64,000 bases of DNA from NCBI GenBank assembly GCA_951406725.2, contig OX597815.1, positions 103,416,001 through 103,480,000 of the forward strand. Direction: 5' to 3'. This document shows positions 38,722 through 51,499 of the stretch, one piece after another (the stretch's first letter is position 1; each line of letters starts with the position of its first letter). The translations under genes were made by a program, and so were the position numbers. Under the pieces are notes generated by a model. It saw only the letters and a program-made list of their open reading frames with translations, ran no database searches and was not told the DNA's origin. The DNA is from Octopus vulgaris (taxonomy: Eukaryota).

Positions 38722-39115
38722 GTACCTACGTACGTATACGCATGAATTCATACAAATATCGTCAGGAATATTTGTATTTGTCTGTATGGTGTATTCATGA
38801 ATATACTTATGAAAACATATAAGCGACCTATGGAAAAGATCATGGTTACAATTAAGTGTTGTTTCATCAAATTTCTTTATATCAACATAGATGGCTTAGA
38901 GGAACTTAAAAAAAAGGAAAAATTTAAATAAATCTGGAATGAATAACAATGTATTTGTTGCAGTGAATCTTCTGAAGACACACAAAAACTAAAATCACTG
39001 CTGGAATTAAATAAAAGAATTCTGAACATCTATCTATGTATGTATGTTTGTATCTATCTATCAATTTATCTCTCCTTTTATCTATCCACCTACCTACCTA
39101 TATATACACACACAC

Positions 39116-39173
<58 letters not shown>

Positions 39174-39849
39174 CACACACATGCTTATATATACATATAT
39201 GTCGTTAGATATATTCTAATACAAAAATTCTAAACCAAGTCAAGCTTTATCTTGTAGTGACGATGAAACTTTAATTAAATATAGAATACAGAATTGCTCC
39301 GGGCATATCAATCTCGATAGCTATTTCAATGTGATCTCGAATAAGTTAGATGGAGTAATATTTACGGTATACGGAGAAGAGTCACATAGTTTAGTTTCTC
39401 CAGCAAAAACCATTAAAAACAATGTGAGATCAATTTGTGAGTTGGATCCTTTCCGTTATTAACACAAGACCGTCGCTGAAATATCCAAAGAGTTAGTAAA
39501 TTTAAAGCAAAATCACCTTATATCGCTGCGATGCTAAGTTACCGAATGTGTACTCAAGTGGTCATTGCTCGGCATTTTAAACATATTTGTTATACACCTA
39601 TCATATCCGTTCTTACCATATTAACAGAGGGTATGAAACATTACATAACGTAATTTTAGATAACAGGAAGTTTGCGGATGATTCTTTTTTTCCTTTGACT
39701 GCATGATTAAGTTTAATCGAGGTGTAAACAACAACGTTTGTCGTTACTTGTTGAATATTGAAGAATATTCTAATTTAAAAAACAAAATCTAGATATACTC
39801 CAGCCATTACCTTTCTTTTTTTCTACATTCGTCCACCCCACCTTGAACA

Positions 39850-40425
39850 CTGTTGTCCGATATGGTCTTCTTACACGAGCCAGAATATTAAAAAGCATGA
39901 AGCACTCCAGAGATCAATTACAAAAAAAAATTTATGGCATGTCTGGTCTTAATTACTGGGATCGACTCGCGAAACTCAAACTTTATTCTCTGCCGAGAGC
40001 GCTTTATTATTTGTATGATGTGGAAATTGTTCCGACAGTATTGCCCAAATGATATCGGTATCACTTTTAAAATCCACCAAAGACTTGGTCCGCGTTTCAT
40101 GCGTCCTCTACATAAATTGTGCTGTCAGCACATCACAACACTGACAGATCTACTTTTCAACTGCACCTGCTCTTTTTAACATAATTCCAAAACATATAAA
40201 GGCGGGAAAAGATTTCGTAACCTTCAAAAAGTTCCTGGATGAATATTTCCAACAATTACCGGATAAGCCACCTAACCCCGGATATACTGCTGCAAACAAA
40301 TCTCTTTGATTGAATGGGCAATGAAGCCCCAAAATAACTATAAAAAATAGATTACTAAATGTCTTTTCCAGGTGGTGCTATTAAGTTAGCTATGGCCTGG
40401 GCCAATGTGTCTGATACCTATCTAA
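39850..40425 (+). mobile_element. decayed CR1/L2-group LINE 3' end
   Basis: KIYGMSGLNYWDRLAKLKLYSL, RERFIICMMWK, LFNIIPKHIK; paralogous to 22245-22880. Confidence 0.8.
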
Positions 40426-40829
40426 GTATTACAGTGTCATATAGGTTTTAGCGACATCATATAGGTAATTATATGCCTTGCTAATAAGTCAAAACTCAAC
40501 TGCATAGAATATTTTGGATATATCCCAATTTATTTGTAAATTTTTTAACACGATTTCAATTAATCTGTTTTAGAGTTGTTCTGATGTACGCATTCAGTAT
40601 TCATACCCATCTCCTTTCAGCTAATAAAAGAAAATTAGCCAATATGTCTCTGGAGTGAATTGGGTAAATATTTAGTATCAGTGTGTATTAGTGTACTGTA
40701 GTAATAAAAAAACCCACCGAAATATGTATATCAACGCTTGGTTTAGTTGTTAATGCGTTGAGCCTACAATCATGAACTTTGGTCCGAAAGGCATGACATA
40801 TGTCTATGCGCAAGCACGTGTATGTATGT

Positions 40830-42067
40830 ATACTTACAGTCATAAGCATACACCCTACCCTTCTCTTTAAATGTTAAGACCACAGTAGATAATATCTTTC
40901 TTAGCTTAGATGATAAACACTTCTCCCGTACTAGTGGATTCAGCAAAATACTTAATAGACATACCCTGAGAATATTCTTTATTTGTGCACCTAGTGTAAA
41001 AGAAATTTTAGTAGGTAGGCCTACACGTGAGGCAGAGGTAGGGTGCTCATTCAGGTGTAACACCACCTGTCCGATGAACGGCCACTGTAACACAGAGACA
41101 GTTCTATACGAAGCAGAGCTAACAGCCAAAGGACATAATGCGCAACCGAGCAAGTGGAAGTATGTGGAAGGAATGGAAGGCCCTTTCAGGACCCGCTTTA
41201 AGAACCACACGTCCTCCTTCAAGGTCTCGGATAAACGTAATGCCACAACCCTGACCAAGCACGTTTGGTCTTTGAAAGAAAGCCTCACAGAGAACACCAT
41301 AATGTGCAAGATCCTGGAGAAATGCAAAGCGTACTTCAATAGTCGCTGGAAGTGAAGGACGTACCTGGCTGAGAAGAGCAATTTTAAAGGTCCCCAACGC
41401 CTAGATATTTACCTGAAAAGCAGGAGTGAGGTGTTTTATCCTTGCCCACCTGAAAGGAAGTACATCCTATCATACCTGCGCACTCCACCACGACTGCAAC
41501 CACAGGTCCCGAATTCGACTTTCTAACAATGCCCCCGAGCTCGGGAGAGTTTGACCAGAGCACAAACCAATGCTCCCGTATACAAACACGCACACTCCAA
41601 CAAGGCGGACACCCAACAAAATAGACCGCTCCCCCCCATCATATACCACTTCAAACAAATTGTACACCCACGTATATTTAGACCTCCCCATATACATACA
41701 CATTGCACACCGCATGCTAAGATAAAATCCCCACAAACTTTAACCAATACAGAAAGAAAACAGATGAACGAACACAACTATATATACCTATATCCTTGGA
41801 AAAATAATGCCTATGACACCATTACACATATCTCACACTCCATCCCCACAGAAGCACCACACTTATTAACGCACACTTTTCCCACAAAGACTTCAAGCTA
41901 ACTCTTACCGGGCTTACAGCGCACCCAACCAAGGGACATAACTCCTAATCTGATCCCCTGGCCCCTTTTCGCTTGACCACCTTTTTCGCAGCAGCTGCAA
42001 ACTGGATGTGTTAATTCACCTCCAACAATAGAGAGAAAATTGCCTTCCATATCGGCTAACTCTGATG
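40830..42067 (+). mobile_element. Penelope-like element GIY-YIG region and 3' UTR
   Basis: CPMNGHCNTETVLYEA..KYVEGMEGPFRTRFKNHTSSF..TTLTKHVWSLK (ORF 41074..41355). Confidence 0.8.
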
Positions 42068-42099
42068 TGTGTGTGCGCGTATGTATGTATTATGCACAC

Positions 42100-42172
<73 letters not shown>

Positions 42173-42204
42173 ACCAAGAAAAAAGTAACAAGAATGGATT
42201 AGTA

Positions 42205-42294
42205 ATTCGGTACAATTGTTTCATACTGAGAACATTTTTATTTAAAGCTGCAAATATTACAGCAAATATAATGTCAAGTATTCATCAGCCAAAT
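42205..42294 (-). ncRNA. type-I hammerhead ribozyme, intact core
   Basis: Minus strand: atttgg-CTGATGA-atact..gacatt..aatgtt..agtat-GAAA-CAATTG-TA-ccgaat. Confidence 0.82.
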
Positions 42295-42729
42295 CACGTA
42301 TATGTTTTCCAACCATCCTAGAAAGTGTAAATATCCTTATGAAGCATTCAGAGAGAGTTCTATGAATTTCAAGTAAGGTAATAAGCAGACCTTATATGTT
42401 TTCCAACAATGCACAGTTTAAAAAAAAAAAATGTTAAGATTATTAAATTCTCAGAGAAGGTAAATCCAACCATAAAGGTGTTGATATAAATTCCAGGAAA
42501 CATGAATTGTGTAATCTACCACTGATGTATCAGAATATTATATGATTTTAAGCTCTGCTACGATAACTTCCAGAATTTGCGGGGACGAATTTTAGGATAG
42601 AAACATATATACATGATAAATGTTTCATAGATTCTTTCGGTAAGTTCAGATTAGCTTCTACAGAAATAGAAAGTATGAAATTAAATTCATAGTGTCTTAA
42701 TCCAATGCTGTAATCTTTTATCGTCTATA

Positions 42730-43179
42730 TGTTTCAGTTATTGGAATGCAGTCATGGTGATACTTGGCCATCATGCGTTTAGTCGAATAAATCAACAGCT
42801 GTACTTACTTTTAAAGTTTGGTATTTTTATTCTGTCGGTCTATAGTTGTCGGAAAGCTAATTTACAGGGACATAAGCAGCTACAGGACGTCTAGCCGTTG
42901 GGCAAAGGAACATAACATAAAGCCACAAAATACATATACACATCCACAGACACACACATATGCTCATACAGCCCCCCCCCCCACACACACATGCATATAT
43001 ATATATGAATTCACACATACAATGGGCTTCTTTCATATTGCCGTCTACCAAATCCACTCAGAAGATTTTGACCGGCCCAGAGCTATAATAAAAGACACAT
43101 ACCCACGAAATAGGGCTGCACCCAAGAACACATGACTGGAAAAGAAGTTTCTTACTTGCACAGACATTTCTGAGCCTGC
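42730..43179 (-). mobile_element. decayed family-B SINE
   Basis: gtttcagttatt tail, ccgtctaccaaatccactca, gctataataaaagacac. Confidence 0.7.
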
Positions 43180-44298
43180 TGTAATTCTATATGTTTTCTA
43201 TATATACTCTGTAGGGTCCAACCAAAATAATATCTTGAAGACCTCACAGGATATTGGATCCGAAAGTAATAGACGGGTCTAACGTTTCACCGAAAATCAG
43301 TAAACTATTATTAGATTTTACCAACTGAATTAGGCATGTGTATTTTAGAGTGGTCGATTTGTTATAGTATTAGTTTTATTTAAATTAGTACTATTTACAT
43401 GAAATATCATCACAAAGTAATTCAATAGTTTTACAAAAGTGTTATTTCCTTTTCGTTTCAAAGCCAAATCTATTAAAGAAGAAATGAATTATTTGTAGCA
43501 ATAATTTCGACAGATTTTTATTATCTACAGTCTATATTCATTCCTCGACCCATGTTGGCCTTATTAACCCTGATTGGTCCTGTGACCAACGAACCCACCA
43601 GTCAAGCAGCCAAGCAAGCCATCAAATAACTATAGAATCATAACTATTACTTATTATGACTGTAACAAAGATTGATGTCTCGATCTCTCCAATGATTGAC
43701 TTTGTCTCTTCCATTTATATTTTGATGTGTTTTCCCTCTAATAGAAAGACATACAGTTTTCATGGATGGCTGCAAGAAGACGAATCCCAAACAGTTCGAT
43801 AAAGTAGAAATAATATATAAGAAGACTAAGCGCCTGGGAAAAGGACTATAAAAATAGCATAAAACTGCACTGGCACGCAGACTCACACGCATACGCACGC
43901 ATTTATATAAATATACATATACATACATATATACATACATACATACATACATACATACATACATACAGGCAGAGGACAGACAGACAGACGAACAGATCGA
44001 TAGATAGATAGGTAGATAGATAAATAGATACGTGCACATATATCTATATACATACGTACGTACAAACATGCATGTGGATCTATGGATATCATCATATACT
44101 TATGTATGTATGTATGAATATAATACTGATAGTCTTCACAAGGCATTTAATAAATATACATATGCACGCAAATATACAAACGTACGCACATTATATATTC
44201 ATCCATACATATATGTATATATATACATACATACACACATGCATATACACATAAGTGTATAAAAATATATGCATATAAACATATATATATATATATAC

Positions 44299-44338
<40 letters not shown>

Positions 44339-44713
44339 GGGTATGCATGTATGTATGTATAATAGATAGAAAGACAGACGGCCCGACAGACATATAGACA
44401 GAGAAAGGGAGATGTAGAATAATAGCAATATTTATAATGTACGTACATTAGTGTGTGTGTGTTTTGTGGGTGTGTAGGTGTATATGTGTGTGTGTGTGCT
44501 TGTGTGTGTGTGTGCGTGAGTTTCCACTCTGCTGTACATTCAATAAATATATAATTATGGTAGTATAATATTTTCCTCTACACACACTTCTATTGTGCGA
44601 CTCTGAGATACACTTGCTTTAATGTATTTTTATCCGTAGCTTATGAATATATGCCTGGATATTAGTTATGTATATGCGTGTGACTGTCTATTCCTACGAC
44701 TTATTAGTCACAC

Positions 44714-44775
<62 letters not shown>

Positions 44776-45273
44776 CATGTATGTATTTATGTAAGTAAGT
44801 ATGTATGCATGTATGTACGTGTGAGTGTGTGAGTATCATTAGAATGTACACATATATGTAAGAGTAACACTGTGATAAATTAAAAATACAAAATGTATTT
44901 AATAAAAATAAAAAAGATTTTAAATACCATGAATGATTTAAACTAAAAGAGAATGAAAGACTTGCACGAACATTATGGGAGAGGAAGAAGAGTGGTAAAG
45001 CGATCCAGGAAGAAACTAAAAGTAAGCAAAGGAGGCTGGCTCAGAGCTTACACAGTCGTCTAGATGTCTAACACTGGTCGATATTCCTTCTATTAAGAAT
45101 GACCAGTGCATCGCTAGTAGTGTCTGTACATATAAATACTTTCTTACATAGATACCGACATGTTTACAAATATATACACGATCACACTCATATGTCTTCA
45201 TATATATGCGCAGAAGGTCTCTCACATATACACATATTCATAAATGTATGTATACAAATATATGCATATATAC

Positions 45274-45332
<59 letters not shown>

Positions 45333-45398
45333 CACTTACGCACATACGCACACACATAGGCACACACACACACACATATATGCAAAAACTTATATAAC

Positions 45399-45455
<57 letters not shown>

Positions 45456-46207
45456 TATTTGCATAGATATAGCATACATACACACACATATAGATACACG
45501 CATATACACATGCATATATACAAATATAGATAGTATGACATAAATAGAAAAAGTGTTAGAGAGATAATAACCCAAACGCAGACGAAAACAAGTTGATTGA
45601 TAGAGAGACTAATAGACGTTTGATAAACATAGAGAAAGGAGGAGAAAGAATGAGAGAGATTGAGAGAGAGCAGAAGGAATAAGACAGACAAAAAGAGACT
45701 GTGAGTTTTATACAGCATTACACATAAATATAATGACTTTAGATTATATTGGATTAGTCCAGGCTTGGCAATCAGATCGTTAGACGCTTCTATTTGATAA
45801 AGATTTAGTGAATGGTTCTCTTTGAATTTTCACAAAATGACTGAAGATAACTTAATATTTGAAGTACGTGTATGTATGCATGTATTTATGACTATATGTC
45901 TCTATGAGTCGGAAGGTGTGTTTGTGTATGTATGGGTATGTGTGTGTGTGTATATATATTTGTAATATGTATGTGTGCGCGCGTGCTATTTTTGTATATA
46001 TGTGTAGGTTAATGCATGCGTAGATGATTAGAAGGATGTTTGTAAGTGACTAAGAGGAAGTGAAATGCAAATATTGTTCGGATTATGATCGTGTTCCCTG
46101 CGAAGTAAAAATGAGGTAATGTGACTAAGATAAATATTCTGAACAGTGTGAAGTGTATAGTTTCGGAAATAAGGAACGGCGAATCTACATGTTGGCATAT
46201 AAGACAC

Positions 46208-46261
<54 letters not shown>

Positions 46262-47444
46262 ACACATACATATAAAGAGTTTCTATTTCGTTTATATCAT
46301 ATGCTAACATATACAAATGCACGCACACATATATGGATGTGTCTGTACCGTACCATAGAGATATGCTTCATAATATATGAGTTGAGTTTTGTTTACATCG
46401 TTATGTTTAATGTATGGATATATGGATTATTTATGCGGTGGATATATACGTGCGTATGAAAAAAATGTTGTAAGGAGCGTGTGCCTGTGTATGCGTATAT
46501 GGAAAAATATTTATGTTACTTAGAATTAAAGTTTGCTTGTTGCTACGTAAAAGTACGATGGTAAATAGTGAGATAAAAAAGGAATCAGGCAAATATAGAT
46601 ACTTTAAAACTCACTATGCAGGTAATAAATAGAAAGAAATTCATACTGAGAGAAAACCAAAACTCATAGGCGACCGATTGAGCAACAGAATGAAAAACAA
46701 GCTGGTACAAGGATAACAAAAGAAATCGTGTTGAAGACACCGAAAAGGCGACACAAGTATGCTTATGAATAGGGATGCTGTAAATAAATATATGTGTGTA
46801 TTTATACTGGATAGTTGAATTCTTCAAGTGATACTGTTAAAAGCAATAGATTGGTCTCCAATGATGATGATGAAGATAGATACGAATCGGTTTTTATGCT
46901 TTTAATGATGCAGATAATTTATTACACACAAAACCTGAAGTACTATAGATATTTTTATATAACTTGTCAGATACGTATATGTGTGTATGTATATACGTAT
47001 ATGTATATACATACGGTATTTGTATAGTTTACTGTTCCGTTAAGGTATGATCAACAAATAGCACTCCTTTCAGTGAGAGAAAAATATCTAAAGTACACAG
47101 TATGAAAATATGAGTTCCCAGTTGCTGTGATTAGAGAACTTATTTAGCACATCGACAAAAATAAACCTAATAAGTTTGCTATCTACCTATAGGGTTTGAG
47201 TTCCAACTGCACATCATTTACAATCAGGTGTAGAACCGTAGAAAAATCCATGCTTATGTAAATGGATCTAAGAAATGCAACGTATGCATTGCTGAAAGAT
47301 CTCACATTCTTTTTAGATCTAAGGATTCCAACGCGTTTCTTATGTGTGTGTGTATTTACTACCTAGCAGATCCTGTGATGTAATAATTACTCCATGTGGA
47401 GTACTCAACTAGTTACCCAACAAACCGAAGATATCTTAAGTGTA

Positions 47445-47534
47445 TATGAACTTTACATTGTCCTTAAGGAATCCTAAGCTAACTCGCCCGTCGAATTTGA
47501 CTTGGGATTCCTTAACCGTAGTGTAAATTTCATA
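47445..47534 (+). other. 90-nt imperfect hairpin (~34-bp stem)
   Basis: tatgaactttacattgtccttaaggaatcctaag pairs with cttgggattccttaaccgtagtgtaaatttcata; 4 G-U pairs, 3 mismatches. Confidence 0.75.
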
Positions 47535-47535
47535 A

Positions 47536-47583
47536 AATTCTTTGGCCTCATGAATAGCTAGCTATTCATGAGGCCAAAGAATT
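47536..47583. repeat. perfect 48-bp palindrome
   Basis: AATTCTTTGGCCTCATGAATAGCT|AGCTATTCATGAGGCCAAAGAATT. Confidence 0.97.
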
Positions 47584-48339
47584 AGCAAAACGAAGTATCG
47601 TATGCGCATAATTGGTAACTTCATGGAGGGTCCACCAACAGAATTAAAGCGCCATGTACCGCTCTCATTTTTCTTTCTTAAATAAACTACGTGTTACTTC
47701 CTTAAAGCATGTGGTAAGGTTGTTTTCAGATTCGTTATTGCATATTTTGATAAAGATGTCTTCCCTGAGGCTAAGGGAAATTACAGGTGCACAATTATTT
47801 TGCAATAGAAATTCAGTAAAAACAGAATGGAGCTATGGTAACACATTTCTCGGGTAGTGGGTACTTGTTTTGGTTAAGGAAATAAATATATCTATGTTGT
47901 GGGAAAGTATTACATTGTGAAAGCTTTCCTTAATGTTATTTCTATTAAAACATTTTAAAACATCTATGATATGTAGGAAAGTGTAAATAAATATAGTTTA
48001 CGAAATTGCTTTTAATATACGCGTGGAAATTATATGGTTTGGTCAATTTATAGAATATTTCTTCATGTATATTTACATTTGGAAACATTAATACTTGTTA
48101 TGTAATGTATTTTATTGTAAAACTAACGAAATACTTCTCTCTTTCAAAAAAGAGACATGATGAATGCAGCCTTATCTGCAAATAAATAGTAAAATCCTTT
48201 CTCAATATTGAAGAGCTAAATTTATATATTTTTGTATGTATATACACACACACCACACATATATATATATATGTATACATTCTCCATGTTGGACCACTGA
48301 ACTCAACACGTTTTTTCATTCTCTCTCTCTCTCACTCTC

Positions 48340-48482
48340 TATTTATTTCCTCGTATTCATTTCTGTCGAAGAGCTTAGCCTCAAAACGTAAAAGTCTCTT
48401 GTATTTTCTCGAACGTCAAACTAATACGTTTGCTTGTTGTTCCTACACCTATCTTTCTCTTTGTTTTTCTATAAATTTGATC
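48340..48482 (+). mobile_element. solo PLE terminal-repeat fragment with hammerhead-like motif
   Basis: Homologous to 21415-21566; CTGTCGA-A-gagc..cctc-AAAA-CGTA-aaag. Confidence 0.65.
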
Positions 48483-49007
48483 TATATATATATGTATATA
48501 TATTTGTCACTAAATGTAACTAGGGTATTAGAAACACCTACATTGCTAGAAATAAGAGCCAAGATGTTCTCATGCGCATAAATGTAAATATATACACTAA
48601 CAAGGACCTTAATTGTCCAAAAAATGCCTATCGCGAATTCCTAATACGGTCATCAGTTTCGGTAATTTCCGTTGCTTCGTCAGTTAGGACTGGTTCGAAC
48701 TCCGGCTCTTTTCGGATTATCTTGAGTATTAGTATATATGTTTTCCTCAACCAAATTAATGTATAATTTACCGATTCGAGAATGTGCATCTATAAGTTTA
48801 ATATAACCAGCAGTTTACAATTTTTCACGAAAAAGGAGAATCATAATTGTTTCTGAATGTGACTGGGGTGATAGAAACACCTACATTGCCAGAAATAAGT
48901 GCTAATATGCTTTCATGCTGTAGTCAACGCACGTAAATGTAAACGTATAAACTGACAGGAACCTTGATCGTCCGAAAAGTACTGATCGAGAATCCCTAAT
49001 TCTGACG

Positions 49008-49051
<44 letters not shown>

Positions 49052-49234
49052 TTATGTATGTATGTATGTATGTATGTATGTATTATGTATATATATATAT
49101 GTGTGTGTGTGTGTATGTTTGTGTGTGTGTTCGTGTGTGTGTGTGTGTGTATGTTTGTGTGTGTGTGTGTGTAAATATATATGTACATATTAGAAATGAA
49201 TGCCAAAATAAGAAATTGAACAATTAAAGAATTT

Positions 49235-49425
49235 AATCATTTAATGATAAATTCAATTCTACATTATTATTTTATACAAACAAATGACACATCTTGTAAA
49301 TTACACCTGTTTCAACATCATTAATACAAACAAATCTTTCAAGAATAATGATATGCCGTTTTAAATATAATGAGGTTTCATCAGATAGACATATCTTAAA
49401 TATTTCACGAAAATAGAACTTGAAA
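49235..49425 (-). mobile_element. second copy (inverted) of hammerhead-bearing repeat at 10050-10235
   Basis: Reverse complement: gatatgtctatCTGATGAaacctcattat...taatgatgttGAAAcaggtgTAattt..atgtgtcatttgtttgt. Confidence 0.8.
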
Positions 49426-49680
49426 CACTTTATAATTGCTAACGCTAAAAAAAAACATTTTTTAAGGGCAAGCTTAAGAAAAAATAAATAATCTAACTGA
49501 AATTTCCTAAATTCCTGAATCTGAATCTGTTAGTATCTAGTTCTATAACTGATTTTGTTGCATAATACACACATTCATATAGACATATTTATATATACAC
49601 ACGTACACCTATCTATTTTTCTATATATGTATACATACACGTACGCATACATATATGCATATTTTCATACACAAGTTTTC

Positions 49681-50072
<392 letters not shown>

Positions 50073-50078
50073 ACTGAT

Positions 50079-50127
50079 CTGTACAAGAGCGTAGACTCGA
50101 AACGTAAAAGACTTTTTCTATTCCTTT
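50079..50127 (+). mobile_element. tiny PLE terminal-repeat fragment with hammerhead-like motif
   Basis: CTGTACA-A-gagcgtagactc-GAAA-CGTA-aaagactttttctattc, homologous to 21441-21487. Confidence 0.6.
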
Positions 50128-50224
50128 GCTACGAGAAATAACTCAACTTTTCGATCGACAATTCTCTTACTCTCTATCTGTCACTTTGAATCTATCTCTC
50201 GATATTATTTCCTACACCCTTTAT

Positions 50225-50228
50225 CTCC

Positions 50229-50321
<93 letters not shown>

Positions 50322-50326
50322 TCTCT
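50225..50326. repeat. (CT)n microsatellite
   Basis: Direct reading. Confidence 0.96.
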
Positions 50327-51499
50327 GTAAGTGTATTATATCTCACGCATAGCTTTTGTTTTTGTCTCAACTGTTACGCAGAAAAGTTTATTTCTGATTG
50401 GGTAAAAGTGTTCAAACTTTGAAATATTGTAACACTTTTCTAAATTTTTTTTCCGGGAATAAATGAATCACAAACTCTGAGTCATCGTGAAAAAGTATAA
50501 CAAATTACCAAATTTGAAATTTTCAAAATGTGTGACAGTAACATAAAAAATTTCTATTTCTTTCATTTTCGATCCTCTCATGGTAAACTTTTCCCCTCTC
50601 TATATATTCATACCACATTCTCTATTTTTGTCACTCTCAATAAAAGTCTATCTCTCAGCCTCGTGCGCGCGCGCGCATGTGTAAGGAATTTTATTCGTGT
50701 GACTGTGATTTAGAAAGAGTATGAAAAATATTATCATTTTAACAGCATGCATTTCTGTTTGTAAATATGCTTTTTATTTCACGCGCACACAGGCTCGTTT
50801 GATGCGGGGAGGGGTTAAATTTTAAATTACAATATTGTTTTTTGTTGCTTGAATCCCAGCAATGAACAACTGCCTCGTAATTCGATAAAACGCGTTTATG
50901 GAGAGGGAAATATTGAAAAATATCAGTATATGACGAAGAAACAACGAAGGTACCGGGTGGTCGTAAGATGTACTAGAAATAACAGCTAAAAAGTCTCTTA
51001 AATCGCACACATTTTCCTCTGAAAATTATTTTGAAATTAGGAAAAGAAACAAATTGCAGATCTGGACAGCCAGTATTTTAAAAGTGTGATTTCTTAAAAT
51101 TTTGAAAAACAATCGAAATTTTAAGATTTATGGAGGTGCGAGGTTAATGACAAAATTGTAAAGTGATTTCACTTATGCTTTTAAATTGTATTTCATTTTC
51201 TGTTTAATAACAAAGGAAGTGGCATGTTTAATGGTAATCGCCGGTCTCCAAAATTACTTTTTTAACCGTCAAGGTTTCGCCATCGTTCTTAAGTGTATAG
51301 TACAAAGATATAATACGCATCAAAATGGAGAGTATCCAACTTAAGAGGATGTATTATTCCGAAAGGCGGCAAAGCCATTCTGTTATGAAAACTACCCAGT
51401 AAACACTGGATATTCAGGTAGTACAACTATGTATACATATCTGTGTATGTGTGGGAGAGAGAGAGAGGGAGAGTTATTGGTATCCAGAAGACCCAAGAT

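Noticed and set aside
48680-48706. GGTTCGAACTCC B-box suggesting a tRNA gene
   Set aside because: No cloverleaf or matching A-box. The SINE heads elsewhere are likewise not tRNA genes.
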